The position numbers and the translations under genes are program-made. Below the pieces are notes generated by a model. It was given only the letters and a program-made list of their open reading frames with translations. It had not been told where the DNA came from and searched no databases. Shown in pieces: positions 11,664-20,851 of a stretch of 64,000 nucleotides of DNA; the stretch's first letter is position 1; each line of letters starts with the position of its first letter. The DNA is taken from positions 1 to 64,000 of the forward strand of contig JAZLKX010000028.1 in assembly GCA_045597865.1 (NCBI GenBank). The letters are read 5' to 3'. The DNA comes from Bacilli bacterium. Its GTDB lineage: Bacteria; Bacillota_I; Bacilli_A; RFN20; CAG-826.

Positions 11664-14495
11664 TTATTTCCTCAACATACCTTTAAGGTATTGTCCTGTG
11701 TAGGACTTTTCAACTTTAGCAACTTCTTCAGGAGTTCCGGTTGCAATGATGGTTCCACCACCATTACCACCTTCAGGTCCTAAATCAATAATATGATCAG
11801 CCACTTTGATTACATCAAGGTTATGTTCAATAACAATGACTGTGTCTCCGTGGTCAACAATTCTATTCAAAACTGCAATGAGTCTTTTGACATCATCGGT
11901 ATGTAAACCAGTTGTAGGTTCATCCAAAATAAATACGGATTTTCCTGTTGGTCTACGTTGTAATTCATCAGCAAGTTTAACACGTTGAGCTTCACCACCA
12001 GAAAGGGTTGTAGCTTGTTGGCCAAGCTTAATGTAGCCTAAGCCTACATCGCGCAAAACTTCGAGTTTATGAAGGATTTTCGGGCGATTTTCAAAGAATT
12101 TACATGCATCTTCGATTGTCATCTCAAGAACTTCATAAATGTTTTTACCTTTGTAAGTAACTTCAAGTGTTTCTTCATTATAACGACGTCCGCCACATTC
12201 ATCACACTTAACATAAACATCCGGGAGGAAGTTCATTGGAATACGTGTAACACCAGCACCTTGGCAGTTTTCACAACGACCACCAGGAACGTTAAAGGAG
12301 AATCTGCCTTTATCAAATCCTTTAGCTCTTGCATCAACTGTTTCAGCAAAGAGTGCACGGATATCATCGAAGACACCAACATAAGTTGCTGGATTACTTC
12401 TTGGGGTACGTCCAATTGGTTCTTGAGTAATGTTAACAACCTTGTCAATGTTCTCTAAGCCAATGATTTCTTTATGTTTACCAATGGTAAGATCGTCTGT
12501 ACCATCAATATGTTTCTTAAGTGCTGGATAAAGTGTTTGATTGATTAAGGAAGACTTTCCTGAACCGGAAACACCTGTAACAGCAATAAACTTCCCTAAT
12601 GGGAATGTAACATTAATTTTCTTTAAGTTATTTTGCTCGGCGCCTTTGACAACTAAAGTTTTTCCGTTACCTTCTCTTCGAGAAACTGGGACTTCAATCT
12701 TTTCTTTGCCTGCCAAATAACGACCAGTAATGGACTTGTCACATTTAGCAACTTCTTCTGGAGTGCCAGCAACAACAACTTCACCACCATGAACTCCTGG
12801 GCCTGGACCAATATCAACAATGTAATCTGCAGATCTCATTGTTTCTTCATCGTGTTCAACAACAATTAAAGTATTTCCTAAGGAAACCATGTCTTTCATT
12901 GTTGCAATAAGTTTAGCATTGTCTCTTTGATGCAAACCAATGGATGGTTCATCTAAGACGTATAAAATACCAGAAAGTCTTGAACCAATTTGGGTTGCAA
13001 GTCTAATACGTTGAGCTTCGCCGCCAGAAAGAGTCATAGCAGTTCTTGACAATGTCAAATAACCAAGTCCAACATTATTTAAGAATGAAACTCTGTTATG
13101 AATTTCGTTAATAATCATTTTAGCGATTTCATACTCAGTTGCATTTAATTTTCCTGGTAATTCATCGATATATTTAAGTAATTCCTCAATAGAGAGGCAT
13201 GTAACTTCGTAAATATTTAAGCCTGCGACTTTAACTGATAATGCTTGAGGAGAAAGTCTGGCACCATGGCAAGTTGAACACTCATGATCTCTCATATAGA
13301 ATTCATAAAATTCTCTCATCATTTCTGAGCCAGTTTCATTGTAAAGTCTATCGACTCTTGTCTTAATACCTTCAATGAAACCTTCTCTATGCATTACGTT
13401 TCCGTTAACGGAAGTAATCTCGTATTTAAATGGTTTATCAGAACCATAAGTACAAATATCACGTTCTTTTTGTGATAACTCGTTCCATGGTTTGTCCATA
13501 TCAACTTTGTATTGCTTACATAAGTAAGCGAACTCTTGCCATTCAATATTTTTAGAACCAATAATGTTCTTGTACCATCTAATAGCGCCTTGGTTAATTG
13601 ACTTAGTTGCATCTGGAACCATAATGTCCATATCAACTTCACGTTTAACACCAACACCCTTACAATCTGGACAACATCCTAAAGGAGCATTGAATGAGAA
13701 GAGTCTTGGCTCAAGTTTTGGAACCGAGAAGCCACAGATTGGACAGCTATGATGTTGAGAGAATAATCTCTCTTCTTTTTCAGTTAAAAAAACACAGTAT
13801 CCTTTTGACCAGTCGCATGCAAGTTCTATAGCCTCAGCTATTCTACTTCTTTGGTCTGGTTTAACAACGATTCTATCTACAACAATTTCGATATTATGAC
13901 GTTTATTTTTGTCTAAGTTTTCTACTTCTGGAACTCTGGTTAAAACTCCATCAACTCTAACTCTTTCAAAACCATTGGAAAGAATCTTTGCAAGTAAATC
14001 TTTATGAGTTCCCTTTTCGTTATGGGCTACTGGAGAAAGGATTTGAAGTTTAGTTCCTTCTTCATATTGCATAGCAATGTCTGCCATTTTTGAGACTGAG
14101 AATGCCACAATTGGTTGGTTGTGTTCAGGACAATAAGGCACACCTACACGCGCGAATAAAAGTCTGAGATAATCATAAATCTCAGTAACTGTACCTACGG
14201 TAGATCTAGGGTTATGTGATGTAGTTTTTTGGTCAATAGAGATAGCTGGAGAAAGACCTTCGATACTATCGACATCTGGTTTTTCCATTCCACCAAGGAA
14301 CTGTCTAGCATAGCTAGAAAGTGACTCAACAAATCTCCTTTGGCCTTCATTAAAAATTGTATCAAATGCTAAAGTGGTTTTGCCTGAACCAGAAAGTCCA
14401 GTAAAAACAGTTAAAGAATACTTAGGAATTTCTAAATCGATATTCTTTAAGTTATTCTCTCTAGCGCCTTTAATAACAATCTTTTTGTTTTCCAT
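11664..14495 (-). CDS. uvrA: excinuclease ABC subunit A
   Basis: GARENNLKN, two P-loops, two LSGGEAQR signatures, Zn-finger CxxC pairs. Confidence 0.99.
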   Translation of the reverse strand: MENKKIVIKGARENNLKNIDLEIPKYSLTVFTGLSGSGKTTLAFDTIFNEGQRRFVESLSSYARQFLGGMEKPDVDSIEGLSPAISIDQKTTSHNPRSTVGTVTEIYDYLRLLFARVGVPYCPEHNQPIVAFSVSKMADIAMQYEEGTKLQILSPVAHNEKGTHKDLLAKILSNGFERVRVDGVLTRVPEVENLDKNKRHNIEIVVDRIVVKPDQRSRIAEAIELACDWSKGYCVFLTEKEERLFSQHHSCPICGFSVPKLEPRLFSFNAPLGCCPDCKGVGVKREVDMDIMVPDATKSINQGAIRWYKNIIGSKNIEWQEFAYLCKQYKVDMDKPWNELSQKERDICTYGSDKPFKYEITSVNGNVMHREGFIEGIKTRVDRLYNETGSEMMREFYEFYMRDHECSTCHGARLSPQALSVKVAGLNIYEVTCLSIEELLKYIDELPGKLNATEYEIAKMIINEIHNRVSFLNNVGLGYLTLSRTAMTLSGGEAQRIRLATQIGSRLSGILYVLDEPSIGLHQRDNAKLIATMKDMVSLGNTLIVVEHDEETMRSADYIVDIGPGPGVHGGEVVVAGTPEEVAKCDKSITGRYLAGKEKIEVPVSRREGNGKTLVVKGAEQNNLKKINVTFPLGKFIAVTGVSGSGKSSLINQTLYPALKKHIDGTDDLTIGKHKEIIGLENIDKVVNITQEPIGRTPRSNPATYVGVFDDIRALFAETVDARAKGFDKGRFSFNVPGGRCENCQGAGVTRIPMNFLPDVYVKCDECGGRRYNEETLEVTYKGKNIYEVLEMTIEDACKFFENRPKILHKLEVLRDVGLGYIKLGQQATTLSGGEAQRVKLADELQRRPTGKSVFILDEPTTGLHTDDVKRLIAVLNRIVDHGDTVIVIEHNLDVIKVADHIIDLGPEGGNGGGTIIATGTPEEVAKVEKSYTGQYLKGMLRK

Positions 14496-14596
14496 AGTGC
14501 ATTGATTTTACCATATTTTTCTAAAATTATTTAATAATTTGTAAACTGATATGATTTAGCGCACGTAAAATATTGCTTTAAACTTGTTCAAAGCAA

Positions 14597-14623
14597 TAAA
14601 AAAGAGAGTACAAAGTACTCTCT
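14597..14623 (-). terminator. terminator after PFOR
   Basis: AGAGAGTAC-TTT-GTACTCTCT plus T-tract. Confidence 0.88.
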
Positions 14624-14644
14624 AGTTTATATCAGTTTACCAAA

Positions 14645-17600
14645 TTATAAACCGAATTTTTTGATACGTTCCCAACGTTCCTTAGCGCATCTTTCAGACT
14701 TAGCAAGAAGTTCTTCTGCGTGTTCTGGATTGACTTTTGGAAGTTGTGAGAATCTTGTCTCGCCCATGACGAAGTCACGGAACTTGGAGAAGTCAGGTTC
14801 TTTACAATCGAGTGTAAGTCCTGGTTTGCCTTCTGCGACAAGTCTTGGATCGTAACGGAAGCATGTGAAGTATCCTGATTCAACTGCGGCTTTTTCAACC
14901 TTCATTGAGTTAGATAATCCACCCTTAATACCGTGGTTTGCACAAGGTGCATAGCAAATAATAAGTGATGGACCATTGTAGCTTTCAGCTTCTTTCATTG
15001 CTTTGATTGCTGCCATTGGGTTTGCACCTAATGAGATTTGAGCAACATAGCAGTGTCCATAACTCATTGCGATAAGAGCAAGATTCTTCTTTTCGCCTGT
15101 CTTACCTGAAGCGGTAAATTTAGCGATAGAACCTGTTTGTGATGATTTGGATGATTGTCCACCAGTATTGGAATAGACTTCTGTATCGAGAAGTAAGACG
15201 TTAACATCTTCGTCATTTGCGATAACGTGGTCTAATCCACCATAACCGATATCATAGCCCCAACCGTCACCACCGACGATCCAAACTGATTTATCAAGGA
15301 GGTCTCTTTCAAATGCTAAGACACCCTTAACTTCTTCATCTTTACTTGCCTTAACAAGCTTGACGAGTTCTGGAATAATCTTACGAGCTTCATCTTTGTT
15401 TTTGATGTTCTCTAAGTAGGATTTAATGGAGTTTTTGAGGGATTCTTCAACAGAATCGCGTTCTAATGCTGGTTCAAGGATTGAGCAAATTTGACCAAGT
15501 TTGTAGTTGGTTGCTGCTCTCATACCGAAACCAAATTCAGCGTTATCTTCGAAGAGTGAGTTTGCCCAAGCAACACCTTGTCCATTCTTATCTGTGCAGA
15601 ATGGTGTTAATGGAGTTGAACCTGAGTAAATTGATGAACAGCCTGTTGCGTTTGCAATAAGCATATCTTTACCAAATAATTGAGTTGCAAGTTTGTAATA
15701 TGGAGTTTCACCACAGCCAGCACATGCACCAGAAATTTCCATATATGGCATTAAGAATGCAGCGCCTTTAACTGTTGTGGTTGGCATATTGGACTTGTAT
15801 TCAACATGTTTGTATAAGTAATCTGCACCTTCTTCTTGTGCAAATTGTTCTTTAGCTTCTGCCATAACAAGAGCTTTCTTGCCCATCTTATTAGCAGTAC
15901 ATTCGGAGACACAAAGACCACAACCGACACAGTTCTTTGGTGAGACTTGTAAACGATATTTGTAATTGTTTGGATTTGGACCCATAACATTTGCAACATC
16001 GTCTTTGACGATTGCTGGAGCTTTTGCGAGTTCTTCTTCAGAAAGAAGGAATGGTCTTAATGTAGCATGTGGACATACGAATGCACATTGGTTACATTGG
16101 ATACAATCAGCCTTATTCCAAACTGGAACTCTATCTGCGATTGAACGTTTTTCTTTGAAGGTAATGTCGTTCTTCATTGTGCCATCAAGAAGTTCGAATT
16201 CTATGAACTTGCTTGTTGGGAGAGTATCACCATCAAGTGTACCGATAACATTGACGTATGAATCAAAGTATTCATCGCCTGTTGTTTCTCTAACACGTTT
16301 GGTGTCAAGTTTGATCCAATCTGGATTAACTTTAACTTCTCTTAAACCTTGGGTGCCTGCATCGATAGCCTTCCAGTTGAGTTCAACAACTTCTTGGCCT
16401 TTCTTTGCATAGGATTTTTCAGCAAATTTCTTCATCCATTTGCTTGCTTCATCATATGGCATAATGCCTTGGTTAAGATAGAAGAATGAAGCTTGGAGAA
16501 TTGTATTGGTGTGTCTACCCATACCAATTTCTGCTGCGATCTTATTAGCATCAATAACGTAGAATTTAGCGTGTTTTTCTGCTAATTGATGTTTCATACG
16601 ATTTGGAAGTGACTTCTCAAGTTGTTCATCGCTCATATCGGTGTTGAGTAAGAATGTTCCACCATCTTTTAAGTTCTTGATCATGTCAAATTTGAAGACA
16701 TATGTATCAAGTGAACAGGAAATAAAGTCTGCGTTACCAACATAGTAAGTTGAACGAATTGGGTTTTTACCAAATCTTAAGTGTGAACGTGTAACACCAC
16801 CAGCTTTACGTGAGTCATATTGAAAATATGCTTGTGCGTATTGATGTGTTGCGTCACCAATGATTTTAATTGAGGATTTATTTGCGGAAACAGTTCCGTC
16901 TGAACCTAAACCATAGAATAAGCAGGATTGATAATCTGCTTTAACGTTGAAGTTTTCGTCTACTGGAATGGAAAGATGTGTTAAGTCATCTTCAATACCA
17001 ACAGTAAAGTTGTGATGTGGTTTTCCTTTAAGGAAGTCATAGACTGCTTTGACTTGGTTTGGAGCAACATCCTTTGAAGATAAGCCATAACGTCCACCAT
17101 AGACTTCGATATCGCCTCTGCCTTCTTGTTTCAAAGCACCGACAACATCAAGATAAAGTGGTTCACCTGCTGCACCCATTTCTTTAGTTCTGTCTAATAC
17201 AGCAATCTTCTTAACTGATGCTGGTAAGACTTTGACTAAGTGTTTTGCAGAGAACGGTCTATAAAGGTGAACTTTGACTAAACCAATCTTTTCGCCTTTG
17301 AGTTCATCAAGAACTTCTTGAGCAGTTTCAGTAACTGAACCCATTGCAATGATGACTCTGTCAGCATTTGGATCACCAACGTAAACAAATGGTGCATAGG
17401 TTCTTCCTGTGAGTTCGGTAGCTTTAGCTAAGTATTTTTCGACAATGTCGACAACTTTAGCATAGTGTACGTTTTGTGCTTCTCTTGTTTGGAAGTAAAT
17501 ATCGTCGTTTTCAGCACCACCACGTGTGACTGGGTGAGTGTGTGGGTTTAAAGCACGTGCTCTAAACTCTTCAACTTTCTTCATATCGAGAAGTTTGCGA

Positions 17601-18178
17601 TATTCTTCGCCATCGACGAATTCGACGTTTTGAATTTCGTGGGAGGTTCTAAATCCATCAAAGAAGTGACAGATTGGAGCAGCTGAGTCAATAGCGATTA
17701 AGTGTGCCATTGGTGCTAAATCTGCAATTTCTTGGACAGAATGTGAACATAACATTGTGATTCCTGTTTGTCTAATAGCATAGATATCTTGGTGGTCACC
17801 AAAGATAGATAAGGCCCTTGTAGCAAGTGATCTTGCGGAAACATGTAAAACGGCTGGGAGAAGTTCACCACACCATTTGTAAATGTTTGGAATCATTAAA
17901 AGTAAGCCTTGTGAAGCTGTATAAGTTGTAGCAAGTGCGCCAGCTTGTAATGCACCGTGGACTGTTCCGGATGCACCGGCTTCTGATTGCATTTCAACAA
18001 CTTTTACAGGAGTACCGAAAAAGTTCTTCTTACCTTGTGAGGCATAGACATCAACAAGTTCGGCCATTGGGGATGATGGAGTAATAGGATAGATACCTGC
18101 TACTTCGGTGAAATAATATGAACCAATAGCAGCGGCTGTATTACCATCAACTGAGAGAAATGATTTTTTAATTTCCAT
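14645..18178 (-). CDS. nifJ: pyruvate:ferredoxin/flavodoxin oxidoreductase (homodimeric)
   Basis: DGNTAAA, YPITPSS, MQSEAGA, GLGSDGTV, 2x[4Fe-4S] motifs, GACAGCGE, GGDGW. Start taken as MEIKKS behind SD AGGAG. Confidence 0.98.
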   Translation of the reverse strand: MEIKKSFLSVDGNTAAAIGSYYFTEVAGIYPITPSSPMAELVDVYASQGKKNFFGTPVKVVEMQSEAGASGTVHGALQAGALATTYTASQGLLLMIPNIYKWCGELLPAVLHVSARSLATRALSIFGDHQDIYAIRQTGITMLCSHSVQEIADLAPMAHLIAIDSAAPICHFFDGFRTSHEIQNVEFVDGEEYRKLLDMKKVEEFRARALNPHTHPVTRGGAENDDIYFQTREAQNVHYAKVVDIVEKYLAKATELTGRTYAPFVYVGDPNADRVIIAMGSVTETAQEVLDELKGEKIGLVKVHLYRPFSAKHLVKVLPASVKKIAVLDRTKEMGAAGEPLYLDVVGALKQEGRGDIEVYGGRYGLSSKDVAPNQVKAVYDFLKGKPHHNFTVGIEDDLTHLSIPVDENFNVKADYQSCLFYGLGSDGTVSANKSSIKIIGDATHQYAQAYFQYDSRKAGGVTRSHLRFGKNPIRSTYYVGNADFISCSLDTYVFKFDMIKNLKDGGTFLLNTDMSDEQLEKSLPNRMKHQLAEKHAKFYVIDANKIAAEIGMGRHTNTILQASFFYLNQGIMPYDEASKWMKKFAEKSYAKKGQEVVELNWKAIDAGTQGLREVKVNPDWIKLDTKRVRETTGDEYFDSYVNVIGTLDGDTLPTSKFIEFELLDGTMKNDITFKEKRSIADRVPVWNKADCIQCNQCAFVCPHATLRPFLLSEEELAKAPAIVKDDVANVMGPNPNNYKYRLQVSPKNCVGCGLCVSECTANKMGKKALVMAEAKEQFAQEEGADYLYKHVEYKSNMPTTTVKGAAFLMPYMEISGACAGCGETPYYKLATQLFGKDMLIANATGCSSIYSGSTPLTPFCTDKNGQGVAWANSLFEDNAEFGFGMRAATNYKLGQICSILEPALERDSVEESLKNSIKSYLENIKNKDEARKIIPELVKLVKASKDEEVKGVLAFERDLLDKSVWIVGGDGWGYDIGYGGLDHVIANDEDVNVLLLDTEVYSNTGGQSSKSSQTGSIAKFTASGKTGEKKNLALIAMSYGHCYVAQISLGANPMAAIKAMKEAESYNGPSLIICYAPCANHGIKGGLSNSMKVEKAAVESGYFTCFRYDPRLVAEGKPGLTLDCKEPDFSKFRDFVMGETRFSQLPKVNPEHAEELLAKSERCAKERWERIKKFGL

Positions 18179-18232
18179 TTTCAAAAACTCCTTTTGCGCA
18201 TATATTATAACGCGCAAGGAAAATAAATAAAT

Positions 18233-18258
18233 AAAAAAATCGGTTTTGAAACCGATTT
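18233..18258 (-). terminator. terminator after Rex-like gene
   Basis: AAATCGGTTT-CA-AAACCGATTTTTTT. Confidence 0.8.
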
Positions 18259-18278
18259 CATTATACTTTTTATGTAAT

Positions 18279-18698
18279 TTATTTTCTCTTTTTCGATTTT
18301 TTGACTGGCTTAAGTTCCATATCAACAAGTTTTGCTAAGATTTTTAAGTCATCTTCACTAAGCTTAACGTTTTTAGAAACAATACCATTAATGGTCATCT
18401 TTTTGTAAACAAAATCACCAACAGATTCATAACCTCTTAACTCTAAGGAGTTAGAATGAAGAACATGCTCTTTTGGTTTTGCTTGTTCTTGTTCTTCAAT
18501 GTAGCTTTCGAGTGATGGAATAATATCACGCAAATCAAAACTCAAATCCATAGCAAGCATTGGTTCAAAAAATGAAAGATCAGATGCAATAACATCTGGA
18601 TAAATTCCCATACTTCTTGATAAAGCTTCACAAGTAAGATGTCTAATCTTGCTTCCTTTGATTGCGCTTAAATATTTTTTTGCACTTGTTTTTGTCAT
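18279..18698 (-). CDS. hypothetical protein with Rex-like N-terminal winged-helix domain
   Basis: RHLTCEALSRSMGIYPDVIASDLSFF resembles the Rex DNA-binding motif (..SS.EL......V.S..IR.D.SYF). No Rossmann domain. Confidence 0.55.
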   Translation of the reverse strand: MTKTSAKKYLSAIKGSKIRHLTCEALSRSMGIYPDVIASDLSFFEPMLAMDLSFDLRDIIPSLESYIEEQEQAKPKEHVLHSNSLELRGYESVGDFVYKKMTINGIVSKNVKLSEDDLKILAKLVDMELKPVKKSKKRK

Positions 18699-18736
18699 GT
18701 CTCAATTATACTACTTTTAATATTCAAAAAGAAATA

Positions 18737-19228
18737 TTAAATTGCAAACTTGTCAAACCAACCATCAATGTAACGGACCTCATCGAATAAAGAAGCTGTT
18801 TCTTCATCAACTTTTTCCCATTTTTCGTACATTCTTTTGATTGCATCTTCAGGGACGTATTTTGCGTGATCACGCTCTCTATTTTTCTTCAAACAAAGCT
18901 CTAAATCTTTGGTAATAACAACAAGAATTTTTTTATCAAAGCCAGGGATAATTCCAAGCTCTTTTCTAAACTTATTATAGATGTTTGTAGAGTCTGCTAT
19001 GATGACTATGTCATCATTTGCATCTCTTAAAGTGTTAATTCTTTTAAAATAGAGATCCCAAACTTCCTTCTCAAAATTAAGGTTGTTATAGACCCCTGTT
19101 AACTCCTTGCGAATGCCATCACTAGAAACAATTTCCACGTGTTCGTCCGTGTGATTCATTTTGTAGTGTTTCGCGTATGTAGATTTGCCTGCACCGGCGA
19201 TAGCTGACATTGCAATTAGAATTTTCAT
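18737..19228 (-). CDS. AAA_33/polynucleotide-kinase-like P-loop kinase
   Basis: AIAGAGKST, VSSDGIR, ADSTN, NRER..VPEDAIKRM. Confidence 0.8.
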   Translation of the reverse strand: MKILIAMSAIAGAGKSTYAKHYKMNHTDEHVEIVSSDGIRKELTGVYNNLNFEKEVWDLYFKRINTLRDANDDIVIIADSTNIYNKFRKELGIIPGFDKKILVVITKDLELCLKKNRERDHAKYVPEDAIKRMYEKWEKVDEETASLFDEVRYIDGWFDKFAI

Positions 19229-19306
19229 AACGCATTAGTATACTCTTAATTGTTATTATTTTCTATAAAAAGAAAATCACACCTTGCGATGTGATTTAAT
19301 TTGTCA

Positions 19307-19382
19307 TGGTACACCATGCAGGGATCGAACCTGTGACCCACTGATTAAGAGTCAGTTGCTCTACCAGCTGAGCTAATGGTGC
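19307..19382 (-). tRNA. tRNA-Lys (CTT)
   Basis: GCACCATTAGCTCAGCTGGTAGAGCAACTGACT-CTT-AATCAGTGGGTCACAGGTTCGATCCCTGCATGGTGTA-CCA, 76 nt with encoded CCA. Own promoter TTGCTA-17-TATATT and a downstream hairpin at about 19273-19297. Confidence 0.97.
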
Positions 19383-19424
19383 AGATGCTCATATAATATA
19401 TTATAAATAAAGATAAATAGCAAC

Positions 19425-19452
19425 AAAAAAAGAGCCCAATTTAATGAGCTCT
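19425..19452 (-). terminator. terminator of ABC operon
   Basis: AGAGCTCATT-AA-ATTGGGCTCT plus T-tract. Confidence 0.7.
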
Positions 19453-19472
19453 AGTTTTGTTGTTAATAGAAA

Positions 19473-20825
19473 TTATTTTGCTGAAATATGATCTGCAAGG
19501 AATGGAACGATTTGCCATGCACCTGGAATAGTTGATGATTGTGCAAAACCGTGTTCATCATCACCGCAATAGCGGAGTGTTCCTTTAATGTTGAATGTAC
19601 CTTCAGCATCTACCATTGATTTAACTGCATCGAAGACACCATGTGTACCATCTCTATCAACGTGATAGTCGTAAGCAACAGTAACTCTTTCTGTTCCAAC
19701 CATGACATCAAATGTGAATCTTGCATTTGAAAGGCTGTCTTTTGTTGTTGCTTCGCCTTTGCTGTTTTTCAAGCTTCCTTTAACGTATGTTGCGTCAAGT
19801 TGAGCAAGGGAATTGGAAAGGTTTGCACCTGGAACACATTGTTTATGTCCACCAAATTCATTCTTAATGCCAGCAATCATTTCACCAGTAATTGTTTGGT
19901 AATTCATTGTTGGTTCGCCATTTTTAAGATCACTTACAGATGCTTTCTTCATTTCAGTAATGAAGCTGATTTGTAAGTTACCAAAATAGTGGCCCATGTT
20001 ACCTTTAACTTTAACGTAACCACCTTCAATAGCTGGATAACGTGCTGTTCCAATATTTAATTGGTCGCCAGCGTAAATTTCCATAACAGAATCGCCATCA
20101 GCAATTAAACCCCAGTTTCCATCTGGTGCTGTGTAAATAACTTTACCAGGGCAATTCACATAATAGTATTTATCGCCTTTTTCAGCTTTTCCGACGTTTT
20201 CTGGTTGTGATTTGAAGAAGTTGTGATTTTCATCAGTTTCATCAGCAACAGAGTAATAATATGATCCATCATCAAGTCTATGAACTGCATTTAAATCATC
20301 AATAGAAACATCATAATGTTTAAATGTTCCTTTTTTGACATTGCAGTCATATTTAACTTGTGGGTCAGTAGTAGAAGCGCCACCACATGTCATTTTGCTA
20401 ATGGAGAAGGTGTATGTTCCGTCTTGTCCATCTTGACCTGGGTAGTTGAATTCGACCATCTTATGAGATGAATCTGGATTTGTGATAGAGTCAACAAAGC
20501 TTGAACTGCCAAAATCCCATTCGATAGCAACATCGTATCTCTTACCGGATTTAACTTTTGTGTTCCAAACAGTTGCAACTTCTAAGAAGTCGCCGTTATC
20601 TTCTGCTAAGTCATAAGAACCGCCAATTAACATGGTTGTCTTATTAGAGACCATGGCAATTGATTTTTTAACACAAGTTTGAATAGCTTCTTGTTCTTCA
20701 GCGCTTCCGCCAGAAACGTTTTTAACTAACTCTTGTGTTGGTTTGTCTGGGTTATCGCCGCCACCACAGCTTGCCATAGCAAATGCTGAAGCAGCAACAG
20801 CTAATAAAATAGTTAATTTTTTCAT
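19473..20825 (-). CDS. lipoprotein with putative OB-fold domains
   Basis: Signal peptide plus AMASC lipobox. VKVKGNMGHYFGNLQI and NIKGTLRY...WQIVP resemble extracellular nuclease-associated OB folds. Confidence 0.6.
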   Translation of the reverse strand: MKKLTILLAVAASAFAMASCGGGDNPDKPTQELVKNVSGGSAEEQEAIQTCVKKSIAMVSNKTTMLIGGSYDLAEDNGDFLEVATVWNTKVKSGKRYDVAIEWDFGSSSFVDSITNPDSSHKMVEFNYPGQDGQDGTYTFSISKMTCGGASTTDPQVKYDCNVKKGTFKHYDVSIDDLNAVHRLDDGSYYYSVADETDENHNFFKSQPENVGKAEKGDKYYYVNCPGKVIYTAPDGNWGLIADGDSVMEIYAGDQLNIGTARYPAIEGGYVKVKGNMGHYFGNLQISFITEMKKASVSDLKNGEPTMNYQTITGEMIAGIKNEFGGHKQCVPGANLSNSLAQLDATYVKGSLKNSKGEATTKDSLSNARFTFDVMVGTERVTVAYDYHVDRDGTHGVFDAVKSMVDAEGTFNIKGTLRYCGDDEHGFAQSSTIPGAWQIVPFLADHISAK

Positions 20826-20851
20826 AATTTTGTTGTTTTCCTTTCGTTTAA

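Noticed and set aside
14560-14595. LexA (Cheo) box upstream of uvrA
   Set aside because: AAACTTGTTC does not fit GAAC-N4-GTTC in sequence or spacing.
18179-18279. Rex operator upstream of PFOR
   Set aside because: No TTGTGAA-N4-TTCACAA-like site is visible; the inverted repeat here is a terminator.
18179-18328. Extended N-terminus of PFOR; likewise pgk to 5531, rpsL to 32948, the protease to 34614 and the P-type ATPase to 47420
   Set aside because: The extensions cross terminators, promoters or upstream genes. Downstream ATGs have SD or promoter context and match family N-termini.
19229-19470. Genomic island integrated at tRNA-Lys
   Set aside because: No integrase and no duplicated tRNA 3' end seen in the window.
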